Assembly (NCBI GenBank): GCA_963977445.1
Contig: CAXBPH010000043.1
Coordinates: 1-34,309 of the forward strand
Direction: 5' to 3'
Length of the DNA: 34,309 nucleotides
Source of the DNA: an uncultured bacterium
Lineage (GTDB): Bacteria; Hydrogenedentota; Hydrogenedentia; Hydrogenedentales; JAEUWI01
This document shows, in pieces, positions 17,897 through 28,143 of the stretch (positions within the stretch are counted from its first letter, which is position 1; each line of letters begins with the position of its first letter). The translations under genes were made by a program, and so were the position numbers. The notes below the pieces were generated by a model, which searched no databases, was not told where the DNA came from, and saw nothing but the letters and a program-made list of their open reading frames with translations.

Positions 17897-19105
17897 CTAG
17901 CTTCCAAGCAACTTTGCCAACTTTTCTTCAGCAGCATCCAACCGCGCGATGCTTTCGCGGTACACGGTAAGACTCTTCTCTTTAAATTCTGAAGGCTGCT
18001 TCAAAAGTCGAAGTACATCGTCTCGGAGCGCATTAAAATCACATGACTCCACCGTACCTCCAGACGTCAAATCAAATTGGCTCAGGAAATTGTCCACCTT
18101 AGAGCCGCGCGAGATGCCAGCGATAGGCACATGAACGATAGAGGCGAGGATCAACAGGTGCAACCGACTACTGATGATAAGATCCATTCTTGAGGCGATA
18201 CATAAAATCTCTTCGGGTTGATACTCGCCCGTAATGATGGAGATGCTGGACCGATGTGACATACGAGCCGCAAGTCGGGCCATTAACGCCGAATCGGTAA
18301 GAGGATTCATGGGGATACCCACGATTCGTGCGCCCGTCGCTTCAATCAATTCATCCAGAAATGCCGCAAGGGCCAATTCATCCTGAACCGCACCCTGCGC
18401 GGAAATACATAGACCGATCTTAGGTTGGTCCGACTCAAGCTCGCTACGGATGCCGGGTGCAAGGTCAATCTCATCAAAAAGCGAGGGCCTGAGCCGGATA
18501 GCAGAATCTGCGCCTACGGTCACTTCACGATGTACGCCGCTCCGTAAGACTTCTTCACGGCTCTGAACATCTCGAACGAATAATCCGTCGGCGGCATTCA
18601 GGCAGTCTGCGATCATCGCACGACTGTTTCGTACCCGTCGACCTTCCTCCCATGCAATGGTATCTACCAATCCAAGGCAACAGAATTGCAAAAAGCGGAG
18701 CAGATTATACCGACGTCCCGATCGAACACGATTGAATGCCGGCGACAATTCGTCGTTCATGCCAACACACCACAGGAGGGTTTTCTTCCCGCGAGATTGG
18801 GCGATCTTCATGAGTTCCGTCGTCACGTGGGGGTAGTCGGAAAGCCCCGTCGCCCCACACCACACAAACCAATCGTGGGAATCAATTATTTTGAGGGTTT
18901 CTTCCTGCGACACATCACCAAAAAAACCCAATAGACCGCACGCTGCAACATTAAGACGTATTGCAGTTCGTTCCGGATCGGCCGTGCTTACCGTAAACTC
19001 AGCTTCTGGTGCTGCCTTTTGAAATATTCCAAGGGCACAAGCCAGAATCGCCTCATCGCCTACATTTTCACAACCGAACGGGACACCCGCCAATAGAATC
19101 CGCAT
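17897..19105 (-). CDS. Polysaccharide pyruvyl transferase family protein (CsaB/WcaK-like)
   Basis: G.ENVGDEAIL, VRDVQS, GADSA, ISSRLHLLILA and KVDNF motifs. Confidence 0.9.
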   Translation of the reverse strand: MRILLAGVPFGCENVGDEAILACALGIFQKAAPEAEFTVSTADPERTAIRLNVAACGLLGFFGDVSQEETLKIIDSHDWFVWCGATGLSDYPHVTTELMKIAQSRGKKTLLWCVGMNDELSPAFNRVRSGRRYNLLRFLQFCCLGLVDTIAWEEGRRVRNSRAMIADCLNAADGLFVRDVQSREEVLRSGVHREVTVGADSAIRLRPSLFDEIDLAPGIRSELESDQPKIGLCISAQGAVQDELALAAFLDELIEATGARIVGIPMNPLTDSALMARLAARMSHRSSISIITGEYQPEEILCIASRMDLIISSRLHLLILASIVHVPIAGISRGSKVDNFLSQFDLTSGGTVESCDFNALRDDVLRLLKQPSEFKEKSLTVYRESIARLDAAEEKLAKLLGS

Positions 19106-19208
19106 GGTGACCTTTCTATGCTTAAAATTCGTTTATCCACCAGCACGTTTAGCCAATGATTAAAGTCTATTCAATAAGAGACCTGTTGTACAATTAAAAT
19201 GGGACGGC

Positions 19209-20342
19209 TCATGCACCTTCTCGGGAAGAATCACCACCTGACGAACGCAGTCGACCGGGTATACAAACATCTGCCAGCGGCTTGCGCACAGACTGAGCAA
19301 CTGTCACGGACGCTGGAAGATGACCGATTGCGATCATCATTATCACAGCCTCGTGTTCTGGAATTTCAGCGACGGTCCGAAGCTCTTTCTCAAGGGATAT
19401 ATCGACGCACCAATTGAGGCAGCACGAACCCACACCCTGAGCATGGAGGCCATAGACAACCGACATGGCAAACATGCCTCCGTCGATGTAGCCCTGGTTT
19501 CGCTCTCCGTAGGAAAAAAATGTTTCCAAATCAGACGTTATAACTAGGGCTCCAGCAGCGGTATCTCCAAAACCACGGTTACCCTGCTGGCAAGCCAGGA
19601 CCTGTTGCGGCTCATCTCCATCGAGAAATACATAGGCCTTCCAGGACTGCCGATTACAAACACTTGGTGTCTTCTGCGCCAAGGCGATTGCCTTTTCCAC
19701 CACGTCCATTGACACCGGTTCATCAGAGAAATTTCGAATGCTGTATCGCGAATTAAAGAACGCTGCGGCACCAGGAAAGCGGGCTGATTGTAAGACGATT
19801 TCGCGGTCTATCTCGATCACGCCTCCCATACAATGATCCCGGTCTGACGCCAAGGGAGAAGAAAGGCGGGCGACATCCGCAAGCAGTGCTTCTTCCTCAA
19901 TACCATGGGATTGACTGTAGGCGCAATAGGTAGTCAGGGTATTGATGGCAATCTCAGTAACGGGTTCGGGACCGAAGTCCCGATGAAATCGCTCAACCTG
20001 TTCCACCAGTCGCCGAACTACGGGGCGCCCAAAGCCGGGCCGAGGCGCCCGCAGGGCCATGCCCTTCTCTATCTTATGGGCGTCGGCGGCAATCCAGGAT
20101 TTCAGTTCGGTATAACGCGATTCTCCGAAACACACCGCCATGTAGCCTTTCGAAGCGGCACGATGATAGCGCTTGATGTCATACCAATAGCTCGTGAAGA
20201 GTCCCGAAATAAACGTGCCATAGCCTCGAACAAGCTGTACACGCCGCTTCAAAGAACGAAGTAGATTAAGAATCCTCGGCTTGATGGAACTCTCGTTCGG
20301 CTGGTCGATTGCATTTCGCTCTTGATTCGAATTCTCTGGCAT
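19209..20342 (-). CDS. Nitroreductase family protein with N-terminal extension
   Basis: SRYSIRNFS, AQKTPSVCNRQSW, IDGGMFAMS...LHAQGVGSCCLNW and IAIGH; N-terminal H.IEKG...R.GFG region. Confidence 0.88.
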   Translation of the reverse strand: MPENSNQERNAIDQPNESSIKPRILNLLRSLKRRVQLVRGYGTFISGLFTSYWYDIKRYHRAASKGYMAVCFGESRYTELKSWIAADAHKIEKGMALRAPRPGFGRPVVRRLVEQVERFHRDFGPEPVTEIAINTLTTYCAYSQSHGIEEEALLADVARLSSPLASDRDHCMGGVIEIDREIVLQSARFPGAAAFFNSRYSIRNFSDEPVSMDVVEKAIALAQKTPSVCNRQSWKAYVFLDGDEPQQVLACQQGNRGFGDTAAGALVITSDLETFFSYGERNQGYIDGGMFAMSVVYGLHAQGVGSCCLNWCVDISLEKELRTVAEIPEHEAVIMMIAIGHLPASVTVAQSVRKPLADVCIPGRLRSSGGDSSREGA

Positions 20343-20362
20343 AAATCCGTGCGAGACTCCTG

Positions 20363-21916
20363 TTAAAATATACGTTTAATGCGTACACAGGCCATTTCGA
20401 TACTACGTGAAATGTCCTCCCGATCTCGAGCACGCGCTGCCAAGGAATAAAGGGATATTACATATACGATACCCCCAAGTGCAAGGAACAGACCCAACTG
20501 GAACCACGATCCCGGTGCAATCAGGTAGCTTCCAAGGAGATATACAGGCGCGGAACACAACGAGGGTAATATCCCAAACCACATCACCTCTACCGACCAT
20601 TCACGAAAGGTCGTCCCCAGCGTCTTTCTCGACAGGGGCCAGATGAACAAGGGATAAAAAATTGCGGATGCTACGCCCGTAGCCAGGCAGCTACCGATTG
20701 CCCCGAATCCCAGATACGCTACGAATACGAAAGTAAGCCCGAGATTCACGACGTTAGCGAATAAAACGAGCAAACAGAATTCCCGGAGCTTGCCCGTGGC
20801 TTCAGCGATTGAGGAAAACATGAGTGAAGGAATCATCGTCAGCATGGCCAGAAAATTTGCCTGGAGCAGCAGCGCTGCCAGCCATTGATCAGGGCCGACA
20901 TACAAGTCCATGATTGGCTGAGCAAATAGCGCCAAAGGAAGAGAGGGCATCAGAAACAACCACAACGCCAATCGGTTTCCTCGCAAAAATGCCCCTCGCA
21001 ATCGGTCTTGTGCGCCGGCCGCATGCATGGCGGTCAACGAGGGATTCAAATTACCCTTCGCCATGCTGATAAGTTGCCATATCGTCTGAAAGGGCAGACT
21101 CGCAAGGTGGTAACACGCCAAATCCCAGGAGGTCGCATACAAATTCAGCACGATCGGATCCAACGCCGTTCGAAGCGTATTTCCTATCATCATGGAAAAT
21201 TGCCACCCCCCAAAACTACTTACTTCCCGGGCAATAGGCCAATGAAAGTTCTTTCGGCGAACCCGCAACGCCGGAAGCATTCTCATGGAGAGGGGGGTCA
21301 CTATCGCCAACTGAACCATGTCGGCAATGACAGTAGCAATGATTACCCAAAGCAAGCGGGTACTCACCGTAAACAATAAGGTAAGCAGTATCGCGTGACG
21401 TAGGATCGTGCTTAGAAACGTAATTCCATTGAAGAGTGCAAATTTCTGCCGAACAAAGAAGCCCGTCCCGAAGGGCAAAAGGGGCAATCGGATGGCGACC
21501 GAAAAAAACAACAGTCCCAACATGATGCGCGCATCCCAGACCAATTCCGGCGCGATGTTGAGGAGGCGATCACTATACCAGGCGAAGGTCCAGCCCAACG
21601 CCAGAAACAATACCGCCGCCACACACAAAATGGGAAACATGGTCGAACAAATTCGAGTTACTTCTTCGTCATCATCCCGAGCATAGGCGACTGTAATAAA
21701 CCGCCCCAATCCACCTGTCAATATGACGGTAAAGAGCGGGGCAAACATCATCACCGAATAGAGCAATGGCTGTAGACTGTATTCGTCGTAGGAAACCCGG
21801 TTCAGCAAATACTGTTGAAGCCAGAAGATAACTGCCAGACTCAATAGGCGCGTCAGCACGGCACTCGCCGCGTTGATAAGGACCAGCTTCTTACTTATTT
21901 CAACACGTTCGCTCAT
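20363..21916 (-). CDS. Wzx-type oligosaccharide flippase (MOP superfamily)
   Basis: About 14 hydrophobic segments with a polysaccharide-biosynthesis pattern. ATGA overlap with the upstream gene. Confidence 0.85.
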   Translation of the reverse strand: MSERVEISKKLVLINAASAVLTRLLSLAVIFWLQQYLLNRVSYDEYSLQPLLYSVMMFAPLFTVILTGGLGRFITVAYARDDDEEVTRICSTMFPILCVAAVLFLALGWTFAWYSDRLLNIAPELVWDARIMLGLLFFSVAIRLPLLPFGTGFFVRQKFALFNGITFLSTILRHAILLTLLFTVSTRLLWVIIATVIADMVQLAIVTPLSMRMLPALRVRRKNFHWPIAREVSSFGGWQFSMMIGNTLRTALDPIVLNLYATSWDLACYHLASLPFQTIWQLISMAKGNLNPSLTAMHAAGAQDRLRGAFLRGNRLALWLFLMPSLPLALFAQPIMDLYVGPDQWLAALLLQANFLAMLTMIPSLMFSSIAEATGKLREFCLLVLFANVVNLGLTFVFVAYLGFGAIGSCLATGVASAIFYPLFIWPLSRKTLGTTFREWSVEVMWFGILPSLCSAPVYLLGSYLIAPGSWFQLGLFLALGGIVYVISLYSLAARARDREDISRSIEMACVRIKRIF

Positions 21917-23304
21917 GCTGTACGCGCACCCCTATCGCAGTAATAATATAAAGCTGCCATTACACCCATGAGAATGTGCCCCAGAAAATACAGCGCCGTC
22001 TGCCTGAACTCCCACTCGGTCCAGCTCTGCAGGATAATTCCTCCCAGGCTCAGAAAGAGGCCTACGCGCACGTTCCGCACTAACGTATCACCTTTGGCAA
22101 ACAAGCCCCGGCCTGACATCCACGCCCATCGAGCGAAAAGGCTGAGCAGTAAAATAAGACCCGGCCAACCAAGCTCTACAACCGTGATCAGGTATAGATT
22201 GTGAGCCGGCGCCGCCACAAGATCGGTCCGCTCGGGTGGAACTTCGGTAGTGTAATAGGGGTTATAGTCGGGCCGAACTTCAAGACCATAACGATTAGTA
22301 ATCCACCAGCTCCAATTGTTAAGTCCCACGCCCGTCAGTGGGCGATCGGCTATCGCTGGTGCCCCTTGCCTGAAATAGCTTCCACGATCACCATCTTCCG
22401 ATAAATATTCCTTTTCCCAATCGAAGCCGCCTAGCCTACTCATCGTCGTATCCCAGGATTTCGCCAGGAAGGCCGCCAACATCACCGTTACCAGCGCCAT
22501 AAGTGCGATTTTACCAGGCGTTATCTTCAGGCCGGCGAAGATGACGAAACTCGCCATGGACAACAGTAAAAAAGACGCAAAACCCGTACGACTAACCGTC
22601 AAAAGTATGCAGATCGCTGCACCGAAATAGGCCACCAGGCAGGCGATTCGTAGTAGTTTGGATGCATCCCTGGAAAACAGGGCGGCCACAAATATACTGA
22701 TGGTCTGCAAACAATACATGGAAAGCGAATTAGGATGTCCCAACGTTCCCCTGATGCGAAACGCATGGAACACATAGCGCTCGCGGAGGCAATATCCGGC
22801 CTGATATATCATCAGGGCCGCCATGACCCACACCAGAAGATTTATCTCTCGGGGACTACGAACATAGGTTGCCACGGCGGTAAAAAGCAGAATCGCACGA
22901 TACAGTTTCGTCAGCTCAAAGGTACCAAAAAGCTTGGGATCGCTGAATACAACAACGTTAACGGTGCACCATGCAGCATAGAGCAACAGGATATTCAAAC
23001 TAGGAGGCCAATAATAACCTTTACCCTCTTTCTGGCGAACGACAAGGTTGCTCACCAGGAGGATTATGGCTAGAAAGTCCAGGTAGGAGATTTCGATGCC
23101 CCGGGTTGTTCCGCGATACCATTCCCGGCTGAGAAAGTTGATGTCCGTTGGGTAGCCAAACAACCCGCTCGGCATACACGTCCCAAAGACAAGAAACAGG
23201 AAGACAAAGTCGTGAAACTTTTTCGACATGGATGCGATGAGAATGCCCACAGGGATGCAAATCGCCCCACCGGTAAAGAAGATGAGGTACTTGGACTCAA
23301 CCAT
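21913..23304 (-). CDS. Wzy polymerase / O-antigen ligase family membrane protein
   Basis: Multi-TM protein with RIRGTLGHPNSL, LTVSRTG, PLTGVGLNNW and AHNLYL...ELGWPG (Wzy_C signature). Confidence 0.88.
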   Translation of the reverse strand: MVESKYLIFFTGGAICIPVGILIASMSKKFHDFVFLFLVFGTCMPSGLFGYPTDINFLSREWYRGTTRGIEISYLDFLAIILLVSNLVVRQKEGKGYYWPPSLNILLLYAAWCTVNVVVFSDPKLFGTFELTKLYRAILLFTAVATYVRSPREINLLVWVMAALMIYQAGYCLRERYVFHAFRIRGTLGHPNSLSMYCLQTISIFVAALFSRDASKLLRIACLVAYFGAAICILLTVSRTGFASFLLLSMASFVIFAGLKITPGKIALMALVTVMLAAFLAKSWDTTMSRLGGFDWEKEYLSEDGDRGSYFRQGAPAIADRPLTGVGLNNWSWWITNRYGLEVRPDYNPYYTTEVPPERTDLVAAPAHNLYLITVVELGWPGLILLLSLFARWAWMSGRGLFAKGDTLVRNVRVGLFLSLGGIILQSWTEWEFRQTALYFLGHILMGVMAALYYYCDRGARTA

Positions 23305-24481
23305 CTGCGTGTCGCTCCCCGGTGACCGAACTCAACATCACGTCATAGAGATCGTCCAATCCGTCCGGGGCTTTTGACAATTTAATGTTGGACACAAAGG
23401 AAGCGGTGGAATCTTTATCACCTGGGGCAAATCCATGCATTCCCGCCAGCGGCTTGACACCCATGTGGCTCGGGCATATCAGGACCCCGGGTTTCATCAG
23501 AAAGAATAGCTCTCCATAGGTGTCACCGGGAAAATCACACCCATATTCAGCCAATTCTTCGTCGCCCATGATGTGTCCCAGTGGCTCTTCTTTTAGCGCC
23601 GCTTCAACTATAGCCCGCACTCCATCTTTCAGAAACCAAAAGCGTGCCATGGTCGAGTCATAGGCTGCGGCGTAATCTTCTCCAAAGGTCAGGCCCAGCC
23701 CCTCTATGCGGCCCATCACATCGCAAACCTCGGTAATATCCGTCATGCCATGGTCCGAAAACAGGAACAGCTCCACCTCATCGTAATGTTCACAGGCCAA
23801 TGCATAGAGCTTAGTGATTTCCCGATCATACCAGGCGATATGATCAGAAACCTCCTGTGCACCCGTGCCATACTGATGCAACAACGCGTCGAGACGGCCC
23901 AGAAACAGGTAGCCGAACTGAATGGCCCCTTCGCGAATAGCCGCGCCCATTTCCGCCACACTTTCCGGCTCGTTGTATCCTTCCGGTCGACAATACGGAA
24001 TCTGATTATCTCGGAGGTAGTCAAAGAGCGTCGTCTGTCCTCCATTGATACCACCCTGTTCGAAAATATTTTTTTGTTCGGTGTAGTTAAACAAATGAAT
24101 CTTGTCGAAGTGCATGTTGTAGAGCTGGAAGTAGCCCGTGAATCCATGGACGCGTTTCATGATTCGGCTAAATCGGCCACGAACACGACCTCGGTTCATT
24201 ATGGATTTTGGCAACAGGCCAAATATACGATAGCGCTTGAAAGGCGAGTTCTCCGGATCATAGGCGAAAAAGGCGAAGTGGCCATGCTCCCGCGGCAGCT
24301 TTCCCGTTAGAATCGTCGGGTCACAGGTCGAACTGTATCCGAAAACGGTGTTCAGTGCGCGTTTCTCGACGGCTATCTTTTCCAGGAAGGAATGCCGTTG
24401 CAATACTTCCCAGCCGAGCGCATCGACAAAGACGCACAGGGTAAGTCGCTTTATTTCACCACTATCCTGACTCTTGTTCAT
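23297..24481 (-). CDS. Alkaline phosphatase superfamily protein (type I phosphodiesterase/nucleotide pyrophosphatase-like), apparently cytoplasmic
   Basis: Metal-ligand motifs FVDALG, LDALLHQYG, FSDHGM and GMHGF; nucleophile segment GYSSTCDPTILTG; no signal peptide or TM segment. Confidence 0.85.
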   Translation of the reverse strand: MNKSQDSGEIKRLTLCVFVDALGWEVLQRHSFLEKIAVEKRALNTVFGYSSTCDPTILTGKLPREHGHFAFFAYDPENSPFKRYRIFGLLPKSIMNRGRVRGRFSRIMKRVHGFTGYFQLYNMHFDKIHLFNYTEQKNIFEQGGINGGQTTLFDYLRDNQIPYCRPEGYNEPESVAEMGAAIREGAIQFGYLFLGRLDALLHQYGTGAQEVSDHIAWYDREITKLYALACEHYDEVELFLFSDHGMTDITEVCDVMGRIEGLGLTFGEDYAAAYDSTMARFWFLKDGVRAIVEAALKEEPLGHIMGDEELAEYGCDFPGDTYGELFFLMKPGVLICPSHMGVKPLAGMHGFAPGDKDSTASFVSNIKLSKAPDGLDDLYDVMLSSVTGERHADG

Positions 24482-25650
24482 GGGCTACCTTCAAGTTGAC
24501 CTTCTACTATATCCAGAAATGCTTCGAATGAAAATCGTTCTTTAACCCGGCCCGAAGCGCACGTACCCATCTCCTGTGCCAACGACGTATCGCGGAGCAG
24601 GCATTCTACCGCAGCAGCAAAGGCAACGGTATCCTGCTCTGGCACCAGATAACCGGTCTCTTCGTGGTCCAGCCAATTAGAAATTCCCCCGACATCAAAG
24701 GCAACCACAGGACGACCATGGCGCATGGATTCCTGGCCAACCAGCGCAAAGGGCTCTGGCCAGCAGGAAGGCACCACCGTTAGCTTCGCATTCCGATAGT
24801 ATTGCGCCACGTCATCGTGATCCACCCAGCCGACAAATGTCACCTGATCACTTAGACCCAGCTCCGCGCACAAGCTACGCAGTTCATCTTCCGATTTGCC
24901 CGTACCCACGATATCCAGATGAAACGGGCACGTCACAAGCTTAAGTGATCGAAGGAGAAAATCTACTCCTTTTCCCCGAATCAACGAGCCCACGAAGATT
25001 AGATTGGGTGCCTCGGGAACGGGCGTCGCCTCGGGATAGTCATGTTCCAAAACCGGGTGGCAGATGTGAACCAGTGCGGGCGGAAATCCATTCCGAATCA
25101 GCTGGTCGCGCATATACGTACTTAACGTCAAGACCGAATCAAAGGCGTGGGACCGGCGCATTTCCCGAATCTTCCGCTGAACACTCGTCAACTTCACGGG
25201 CAAGACGCCGCCCTCGGAGCGCTCCAGAAAAGCGCCATCCAGGTAACACCGCCACCCTGCAGCAACGTGGCATGTGCGGCGGTTATGGGTATAGTAACCC
25301 GTTCCCTTGGGGCACCAGAGATCGTGATCATGAACCATTCGGACTTTTCGAATGCTACTGTCGTGCTCTATGCCCTCGGGAAGGTTTGCAACTTTGTGGA
25401 AGAACACGACGTCAGGATTCACTTCCGCCATGATTTCATCGAATGACTGACCGGATTCCGATACACCAAAATCTTTACACGGGTAGATAGCCGAAAATTC
25501 CGCGCCATACGTCGTGGCGTCTCTCCCCTCAATACCATATGCGATGGCGCACGTGTGACCACGCCGCGCAAGACCGCGGGCATAATTAAGAACGACAAGC
25601 TCTACACCACCGTAGAACCCTATCAGATTATTGGCGAAGAGGATTTTCAC
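24478..25650 (-). CDS. Glycosyltransferase family 4
   Basis: GGVE, FVGSLIRGKG, PSCWPEPFALVGQESM...PVVAFDVGG; GTG start. Confidence 0.92.
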   Translation of the reverse strand: MKILFANNLIGFYGGVELVVLNYARGLARRGHTCAIAYGIEGRDATTYGAEFSAIYPCKDFGVSESGQSFDEIMAEVNPDVVFFHKVANLPEGIEHDSSIRKVRMVHDHDLWCPKGTGYYTHNRRTCHVAAGWRCYLDGAFLERSEGGVLPVKLTSVQRKIREMRRSHAFDSVLTLSTYMRDQLIRNGFPPALVHICHPVLEHDYPEATPVPEAPNLIFVGSLIRGKGVDFLLRSLKLVTCPFHLDIVGTGKSEDELRSLCAELGLSDQVTFVGWVDHDDVAQYYRNAKLTVVPSCWPEPFALVGQESMRHGRPVVAFDVGGISNWLDHEETGYLVPEQDTVAFAAAVECLLRDTSLAQEMGTCASGRVKERFSFEAFLDIVEGQLEGSP

Positions 25651-26869
25651 GAATTACCTCGTCATAAATGCCCAGCAGGCGACGCGTTATCACATCCCAG
25701 TCATATTCATTCTGTGCTTTTTTTCGGCCCGCAGCACCCAGGCGTTCTGAAATCGATTTATCCTCTACCAGAGCACGATAGGCACCAACGAGTGAGTCAT
25801 CACCCACGTCGAAGAGCAAGGCATCACTGCCATCTTCTACGAAGTGTGGTATGCCACCCACCCGACTCGCGAGCACGGGAAGTCCCGCCGACCAAGCCTC
25901 CAGGATCACAATGCCAAAGGGCTCATGTATAGATGGTAACACGAATACATCGGCGGCGTGATAGGCATCGACGAGATCGGGGCTGTCGGAGGGAATGCCG
26001 GGAATAATCGTCACGGCGGATTCCATTCCCTGCGATTTTACCAGTGCAAGCAGATCATCATAGTATTTTTGATTGGTAACGTTGCCAACAAGTAGCAGGT
26101 GCGTATTGGGCTCTATTTCACGCAAGGATGGTAATAGCCGAACGGGCAAGGCCTGATTCTTCTGAAAGTCGATCCGCGCCACCGTCAGCAAGACTCGTGC
26201 TTCTTTCGGTATACCATATTTGGCCCGAAAACGCGGCCCGTCGCCCATTGAAAAACGCTTAGTGTCTGCGCCATTGGGCAGATAAATAACCCGCTTATCG
26301 GGCAAGTTCTTTTGCGCAAGCACGCTCTCTGGGTAACCCACACAGAGTATGGCTCCCGCGTCTGCCATGACATAACGCGACCCCATCCACCATCCTATAA
26401 GCTTGCCCCAGTCAAAACCGGTCTGAAGCTGTCCCGACAGAGATTCCGCTTCTTCCTTTGGCACATCAAACACCCCACCATGGAGTGAAATCACATAGGG
26501 GATGCGACGCTGTCTCGCGACGGTGCGGCCTGCTCCACCAATTCGGTTGGCGCAATGTAGATGTATAAGATCAAGATCGGGAACCTTTTTCAAGGCACGC
26601 ATCAATCGAAAAGAGAAAGGACTCCCCCCTTTTTTGTCCAGAATCTCTCGGGTGTCTGCACTCATGCCGAGATAGGGGTAAAAATAGGGATAGCGGCGAA
26701 CCGACAGGCCGCTCATCACTTCCTGCGTTGAATTCGCCGTGGCCATCGTGCAGAGCACTTCCGCGTGGTGGCCCATCTCCTGCAATCGTCTGCTGGTTTC
26801 AAAGACTACCGTCTCTGTTCCACCCCAGTCATCACGCACAAAACGGCGTGTCAATTGCACGGTTCGCAT
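25628..26869 (-). CDS. Glycosyltransferase family 4
   Basis: GGTE, VARIDFQKNQ, VFVLPSIHEPFGIVILEAWSAGLPVLASRVGG; GGAGG RBS. Confidence 0.94.
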   Translation of the reverse strand: MRTVQLTRRFVRDDWGGTETVVFETSRRLQEMGHHAEVLCTMATANSTQEVMSGLSVRRYPYFYPYLGMSADTREILDKKGGSPFSFRLMRALKKVPDLDLIHLHCANRIGGAGRTVARQRRIPYVISLHGGVFDVPKEEAESLSGQLQTGFDWGKLIGWWMGSRYVMADAGAILCVGYPESVLAQKNLPDKRVIYLPNGADTKRFSMGDGPRFRAKYGIPKEARVLLTVARIDFQKNQALPVRLLPSLREIEPNTHLLLVGNVTNQKYYDDLLALVKSQGMESAVTIIPGIPSDSPDLVDAYHAADVFVLPSIHEPFGIVILEAWSAGLPVLASRVGGIPHFVEDGSDALLFDVGDDSLVGAYRALVEDKSISERLGAAGRKKAQNEYDWDVITRRLLGIYDEVIRENPLRQ

Positions 26870-27202
26870 CTACTACCTCCAATAAACTACTAAATAAAGT
26901 GCGCTGATTGTATGCTTTGGTCATATCAATTCATTTGCCGCAGGATATAGCGGCACGTCCCGCCACGGATGGAAGGGCTTATGATATCGGTAAGTAAACG
27001 TTCTACTTCTCCAACACCCCCCACACACAGAGGACGACCACCCGCAGGGCCAACATAGCTTGTCGAGTTGACCCCGATCACCTATCCAGCTCGCGGGAAT
27101 GCCCGATTAGATGGTTGGGGCACCTGACCCATTGGCAGGGAGATATACCTTCAGTATAGTTGGGGATGATGTGGGTCACGCGGGCCCGACACCCAACGAG
27201 CC

Positions 27203-28129
27203 TTACTCCCGAAAGAACTCTTGGGGAAAACCTTGCTCCGAGCGGCCCGCATGTCGTCCTTGATAGTGGGCCCAATTGAACACCGTGCGATATACCATAT
27301 TGTAGGGTATCGAAATTACGGCCCCTTTTCGTGTGGCGTAGAGTATATCCCGAACAATATGTTTCACACAGGTGAAGCCCTGGCGGAGCAGCGATGGATC
27401 CTCTTTGAGCATCTGATAGTGCACAATTCCGTGGCCCCGCTCTCTCCGATAGAGTGTCTTAAACGTGTAGTTGTGAGAATGCTCCACCACGGAATCAACG
27501 GCTATGTCAAAACGAAAGCCATGGGCCTGATTTCTAACGGCCCAGACAAAGTCCTCGCCCCAACCTTCTTCCGGAAATTTCTCTTTCTCCCAGAGCTCGC
27601 GCTTAAACGCACAGGCCGCAGCAGAGAAGAAATTGTATCGTTTCTTTTTTAGATTGCGATCACCATAGGCCCGGTCAAGGTCGTAGCGCACGATAAAATA
27701 GGCGTCTGGTCGTGCGATTTGCCTACTTGTAACCACATCGGCGTCTCCGCTCAAAATGGGTTCCAATAGCAGGGAAAGCCAATTTTCATCGGTCGGTACG
27801 CAGTCTGCATTTAAAAGTACAATTATAGATTCGCGCACATTCGAGATCATCCGATTGAGCACGGGACCCGGCACATAGGCTCCGGGTGGAATTTCAGTTA
27901 TATTTTCCGCAATCTTATTGTAATTCTTTATCGCTTCAAGCGTGCCGTCGGTCGATCCCGAATCAATGTTATACAGGGTAAAGTTGGTATAACGCTGCTT
28001 GTAGAGACACTCGAGGGTTTTCTCGGTGTAGGGCTGCTCGTCTTTGGAGCGCATGATTACAGCGACCTGCGGTTTTGCGGTCGTGTCGGGCGAAAGCTGC
28101 TGGGCTGTTTCCACGTCAGAAGGTTCCAT
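27203..28129 (-). CDS. Glycosyltransferase family 2 (rhamnosyltransferase-like)
   Basis: VAVIMRSKDE, IDSGSTDGT, LNADCVP, GED and VEHSHNY motifs. Start placed at ATG 28129, just after the upstream stop. Confidence 0.88.
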   Translation of the reverse strand: MEPSDVETAQQLSPDTTAKPQVAVIMRSKDEQPYTEKTLECLYKQRYTNFTLYNIDSGSTDGTLEAIKNYNKIAENITEIPPGAYVPGPVLNRMISNVRESIIVLLNADCVPTDENWLSLLLEPILSGDADVVTSRQIARPDAYFIVRYDLDRAYGDRNLKKKRYNFFSAAACAFKRELWEKEKFPEEGWGEDFVWAVRNQAHGFRFDIAVDSVVEHSHNYTFKTLYRRERGHGIVHYQMLKEDPSLLRQGFTCVKHIVRDILYATRKGAVISIPYNMVYRTVFNWAHYQGRHAGRSEQGFPQEFFRE

Positions 28130-28143
28130 AGATCTTAGAATCA

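Noticed and set aside
23297..24481. Sulfatase
   Set aside because: It lacks the C/S-x-P-x-R formylglycine motif; the motifs fit the NPP/phosphodiesterase branch better.
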